Of a stretch of DNA of 17,935 nucleotides, positions 15,037-17,935 are shown piece by piece. The notes under the pieces were generated by a model, which was not told where the DNA came from, searched no databases, and saw nothing but the letters and a program-made list of their open reading frames with translations. Both the position numbers and the translations under genes were made by a program. How positions within the stretch are numbered: the stretch's first letter is position 1; each line of letters begins with the position of its first letter. This DNA comes from Archangium sp. GTDB taxonomy: Bacteria > Myxococcota > Myxococcia > Myxococcales > Myxococcaceae. Location of the stretch: positions 128,001-145,935 of the forward strand of contig NZ_JANODR010000017.1 of the NCBI RefSeq assembly GCF_031412795.1, given 5' to 3'.

Positions 15037-16416
15037 ATGAGCCCTCTCTGTTTCGTCCTGATGCCTTTCGGGGTGAAGAAGGATCCACCCCGGCCGGATA
15101 TCGATTTCGACCGCGTCTACGAGGACGCCATCGAGCCGGCCATCCGAGACGCGGGGATGGAGCCCCTCCGTGCGGACGAGGAGCGCACCAGCGGCGTCAT
15201 CCACAAGGCCCTGTTCGAGCGGCTCCTGCTCTGCGACTTCGCGGTGGCGGATCTCACCACCGCCAACCCCAACGTCTTCTACGCGTTCGGGGCGCGTCAC
15301 GGGATGAAGCCGCGCACCACGGTCGCCATCTTCGGCCGGCACCTGACGCTGCCCTTCGACGTCGACTTCCTGCGCGCGCTCCCTTACGACATCGGCGAGA
15401 ACAACCGCTTCGGCCCGGATGAGGCGAAGGCGCTCCGCGAAGCGCTGGCCAGCAGACTGAAGACCGCGCGAGAGCAGGCGTCGGTGGACAGCCCGGTGTA
15501 CCAGGTCCTCCAGAACTCGCGGGTGCCGGAGCTCGCCCATCTGGTCACCGACGTCTTTCGCGAGCGCACGCAATACTCGGAGCAGCTCAAGGCGCGGCTG
15601 GCCGAGGCCCGCCAGTCCTCCACCCGGCAGGAGGGCGTCGCACGGTTGAAGAGCGTGGAGGGCACGCTGGGACCGCTGGATGGGGTGGAGTCCGGTGTGT
15701 TGGTGGACCTTTTTCTCTCGTTCCGCGCGGTGGAAGCCTGGGACGAGATGATCCGCTTGTTCGAGCAGATGCCGGAGCCGCTCCGCCGTACGGCGATGGT
15801 CCGCGAGCAATATGCCTTCGCGCTCAACCGCCGCGCAGGGAAGGGGGGGAACCCCGCGGATCGCATGAAGGCCCTCCAGGTGCTGGAGCAGGTGGAGAAG
15901 GAGCTGGGCACCAACCCGGAGACCCACGCGCTCATGGGCCGCATCTACAAGGATCTCTGGGACGAGGCGCTCAAGGCCGGCAAGGCGCTGGAGGCCAAGG
16001 GCCACCTGCTCCAGGCCATCGAGGCCTACGCGCGCGGGTTCGAGTCCGACTGGCGGGATACCCTTCCCGGCATCAACGCCGTCACCCTGTTGGAGCTTGA
16101 GGGCTCGCCAGGCTCCCTGGAACGCAGGGATCGCCTGCGTCCGGTGGTGCGCTTCGCGGTGGAGCAGCGGCTGCGCTACGCGACAGGGGACTATTGGGAT
16201 CACGCGACCGTGCTGGAGCTGGCGGTGCTCGGGTCCGATCAGGAGCTGGCGAAGACCAAGCTCGCGGACGCGCTCGCGGTGGTGCGGGAGACGTGGGAGC
16301 CCCGAACCACCGCGCGCAACCTGGACCTCATCCGCACGGCCCGGCTCCACCGGGGTGAAAAGGTGGACTGGCTGGAGCCCCTCATCGCGGCGTTGCGGGA
16401 GCGCGCCCAGGGCTGA
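15037..16416 (+). CDS. cytoplasmic protein: N-terminal TIR-like/nucleoside-2'-deoxyribosyltransferase-like Rossmannoid domain plus C-terminal TPR-like alpha-helical domain (possible DUF4071/MAP3K_TRAF_bd-like)
   Basis: An AGGAG SD lies 6 nt upstream of the start. The N-terminal ~150 aa read CFVLMPFG...DRVYEDAIEPAIRDAG...CDFAVADLTTANPNVFYAFGARHGMKPRTTVAI, matching the pattern of TIR-like/DUF1863/deoxyribosyltransferase-like folds. The C-terminal ~300 aa are all-helical with TPR-like repeats (YAFALNRRAG..., HALMGRIYKDLWDEA..., LLQAIEAYARGFESD...). There is no signal peptide or TM segment. Confidence 0.6.
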   Translation: MSPLCFVLMPFGVKKDPPRPDIDFDRVYEDAIEPAIRDAGMEPLRADEERTSGVIHKALFERLLLCDFAVADLTTANPNVFYAFGARHGMKPRTTVAIFGRHLTLPFDVDFLRALPYDIGENNRFGPDEAKALREALASRLKTAREQASVDSPVYQVLQNSRVPELAHLVTDVFRERTQYSEQLKARLAEARQSSTRQEGVARLKSVEGTLGPLDGVESGVLVDLFLSFRAVEAWDEMIRLFEQMPEPLRRTAMVREQYAFALNRRAGKGGNPADRMKALQVLEQVEKELGTNPETHALMGRIYKDLWDEALKAGKALEAKGHLLQAIEAYARGFESDWRDTLPGINAVTLLELEGSPGSLERRDRLRPVVRFAVEQRLRYATGDYWDHATVLELAVLGSDQELAKTKLADALAVVRETWEPRTTARNLDLIRTARLHRGEKVDWLEPLIAALRERAQG

Positions 16417-16448
16417 CTCCGGCAACGCGGTTGTGCCAAGAAGAGTGG

Positions 16449-17576
16449 ATGCGAAGTGCCAGTGTGAAGGCCGTGGCGGTGCTGACGCTCCTGCTCGGCG
16501 AAGTCGCGACCGCGGCGGATGCGCGGCCTCTCCAGGTTCGTGAAGCGCTCTCCAGCACCGTCCGCTCGGCCCATGAGGCGGGGCGGTTCGAGGGTGTCAT
16601 CCTCGTCGCTCGGGGTGAGCAGGTCCTCTACGAGGGCGCTGTCGGCCTCGCCGATCGCGAGCAGGCTCGCCGCCATTCCGTGGACGCGCCCTTCAGGTGG
16701 GCCTCGGTGACCAAGCAGCTGACCGCGCTGCTCGTCATGCAGGAGGTCGAGGCAGGGCGGCTGTCGCTCACCGGGACGATCCGCCAGTACCTACCCACGT
16801 TCAGCGGGCCCTCGGGCGATCGCATCACCCTCCGGCAGCTTCTTCAGCACACCTCCGGGCTGCCCAACCCCAGTGATATGCCCGAGGGAGCGGAGGGCAT
16901 GCCGGCCTTCTACAAGAACACCGGCCCCACGGCTGGAGACAGCCTCGCCGTCGCCACCGGGTTCTGTAGTGGCCCTCCGAAGAAGGAGCCTGGGACGGCG
17001 TTCGCGTACAACAACTGCGACTACTTCGTGCTCGGCGCCATTCTCGAGCGGGTGACAGGCAAGCCCTATGCGCAGCTGGTGCGAGAGCGGATCTCACGGC
17101 CGCTCGGCCTGAGCTCGCTCCGCCTGTTCTCCGCCGGGGCGTCGAAGGCGCTCTCGGGGATGGTGGGGTACGAGGGGCCCAAGGAGCGCGAGCCACGGTT
17201 CAACATGGCGACGTACGGCCCCGCGGGCTCGCTCTACGGCACCGTGCGCGACCTCTGGAAGCTCGACCGCGCGCTCATGTCCCATCAGCTGCTCTCGCGA
17301 GAGAACTCGGAGACGATGTGGAAGGGAGAGCCCACGCTGGGCTACGTGGCGCTGGGGGCCTGGTCCTACCCGGCCACGTTGAAGGGCTGCGAGGCGCCCG
17401 TCGCCGTCGTTGAACGCCAGGGCCACATCGGAGGAATCCGGGTGCTGAACCTGTTCGTCCCGAGCGAGCAGGTCGCGCTCATCGCCGTGTCGAACCAGGA
17501 GAAGACCGACTTCGGCGCCCTCTGGAGCGGCAAGGGGCTGTCCTACGACATTCTCCGCGCGACGCTCTGCCCCTGA
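16449..17576 (+). CDS. secreted beta-lactamase-family serine hydrolase (class C / esterase EstB-like)
   Basis: The signal peptide is MRSASVKAVAVLTLLLGEVATAADA. The S-x-x-K motif is ASVTKQ. A YxN motif is present in FAYNNCDY. An HxG third motif is present in QGHIGG. The ORF-track start at 16431 is a TTG, so ATG 16449 is preferred. Confidence 0.8.
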   Translation: MRSASVKAVAVLTLLLGEVATAADARPLQVREALSSTVRSAHEAGRFEGVILVARGEQVLYEGAVGLADREQARRHSVDAPFRWASVTKQLTALLVMQEVEAGRLSLTGTIRQYLPTFSGPSGDRITLRQLLQHTSGLPNPSDMPEGAEGMPAFYKNTGPTAGDSLAVATGFCSGPPKKEPGTAFAYNNCDYFVLGAILERVTGKPYAQLVRERISRPLGLSSLRLFSAGASKALSGMVGYEGPKEREPRFNMATYGPAGSLYGTVRDLWKLDRALMSHQLLSRENSETMWKGEPTLGYVALGAWSYPATLKGCEAPVAVVERQGHIGGIRVLNLFVPSEQVALIAVSNQEKTDFGALWSGKGLSYDILRATLCP

Positions 17577-17603
17577 GCGTCGCCCGCCAGGAGTCGGTGC
17601 GCT

Positions 17604-17935
17604 TCAGTCCCGGTGCTGTTCGGCCACGCGGTAGAGGTAGGTCAGGGAGCAGTCCAGCAGCGACTGTCGCGAGCGCATGTAGTGGCGAGCCCGGACGAAG
17701 GGGAACCAGACGCGGCTGCCCACGAGGACCTGGGCCTCTTCGAGCTTCTGGCGGGGTATCCACCGGCCGCCGAGGTGGCGCACCAGCACCTCACCCAGGT
17801 ACGCGCCAATGGCGGGTACCCCGTGCTCGTCGATGGCTTCCCGCGGGCGGCTCGTGGGGAATTCCTCGCGCCAGAAGTAGAAGTCGGCCTCCGTGAGCGA
17901 CTCGGGCGTTGCATCGAAGACGGAGGGCACCTGCG
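17604..17935 (-). CDS. hypothetical protein, C-terminal part (5' end may lie beyond window edge)
   Basis: The minus-strand frame is open to the window end, and the 'M' at 17930 is a GTG. GC3 is high. Translation (...FYFWREEFPTSRPREAIDEHGVPAIGAYLGEVLVRHLGG...) was not recognised as any family. Confidence 0.4.
   Translation of the reverse strand, partial: QVPSVFDATPESLTEADFYFWREEFPTSRPREAIDEHGVPAIGAYLGEVLVRHLGGRWIPRQKLEEAQVLVGSRVWFPFVRARHYMRSRQSLLDCSLTYLYRVAEQHRD

Noticed and set aside
15037-15130. Lower GC3 at the 5' end of the TIR-like/TPR gene as evidence of horizontal transfer
   Set aside because: The dip is confined to ~90 nt, and the rest of the gene has genome-typical GC. No flanking tRNA, integrase, direct repeats or IS remnants are present. 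It is more likely a 5' translation-initiation composition effect.
14707-16425. 572-aa minus ORF antisense to the TIR-like/TPR gene, plus the 7278-8552, 8592-9641 and 9602-10639 minus ORFs
   Set aside because: These are antisense shadows of well-supported plus-strand genes (kinase, TauD, permease). They have low-complexity composition and no motifs.
1-17935. Search for CRISPR repeats, IS elements, integrases, tRNAs or rRNAs
   Set aside because: There are no direct-repeat arrays and no transposase, integrase or recombinase-like ORFs. There is no cloverleaf-like low-GC segment. This window appears to be ordinary chromosomal backbone.

Overview
High-GC (~70%) chromosomal window, most consistent with a myxobacterial (Myxococcales-type) genome. 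No rRNA, tRNA, CRISPR array or mobile element was recognised. There are eighteen supportable protein-coding genes.

(1) A translationally coupled dTDP-L-rhamnose operon in the order rmlB (5' end truncated by the window edge), rmlD, rmlA, rmlC.
(2) A lipoprotein alpha/beta-hydrolase.
(3) A YihY/BrkB-family membrane protein followed closely by a DUF4112 membrane protein.
(4) A minus-strand pair of small proteins, DUF1801/YdhG-like and YciI-like. It sits divergent from a multi-TM PAS sensor histidine kinase that has no response regulator in the window.
(5) A TauD/TfdA-family Fe(II)/2-oxoglutarate dioxygenase translationally coupled to an APC-family amino-acid permease.
(6) An E. coli-like ybbA-ybbP / tesA divergon. 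It consists of a MacB-type ABC ATPase, an FtsX-like permease and a GDSL thioesterase.
(7) A cytoplasmic protein with an N-terminal TIR-like/2'-deoxyribosyltransferase-like Rossmannoid domain fused to a TPR-like helical domain. It lies between two secreted hydrolases.
(8) A beta-lactamase-family serine hydrolase.
(9) A partial conserved hypothetical gene at the 3' edge.

Many long ORFs on the opposite strand are GC-driven shadow frames and were rejected. The most unusual elements are the TIR-like/TPR fusion protein, the dioxygenase-permease module and the conserved ABC-transporter/thioesterase divergon with an operator-like palindrome.
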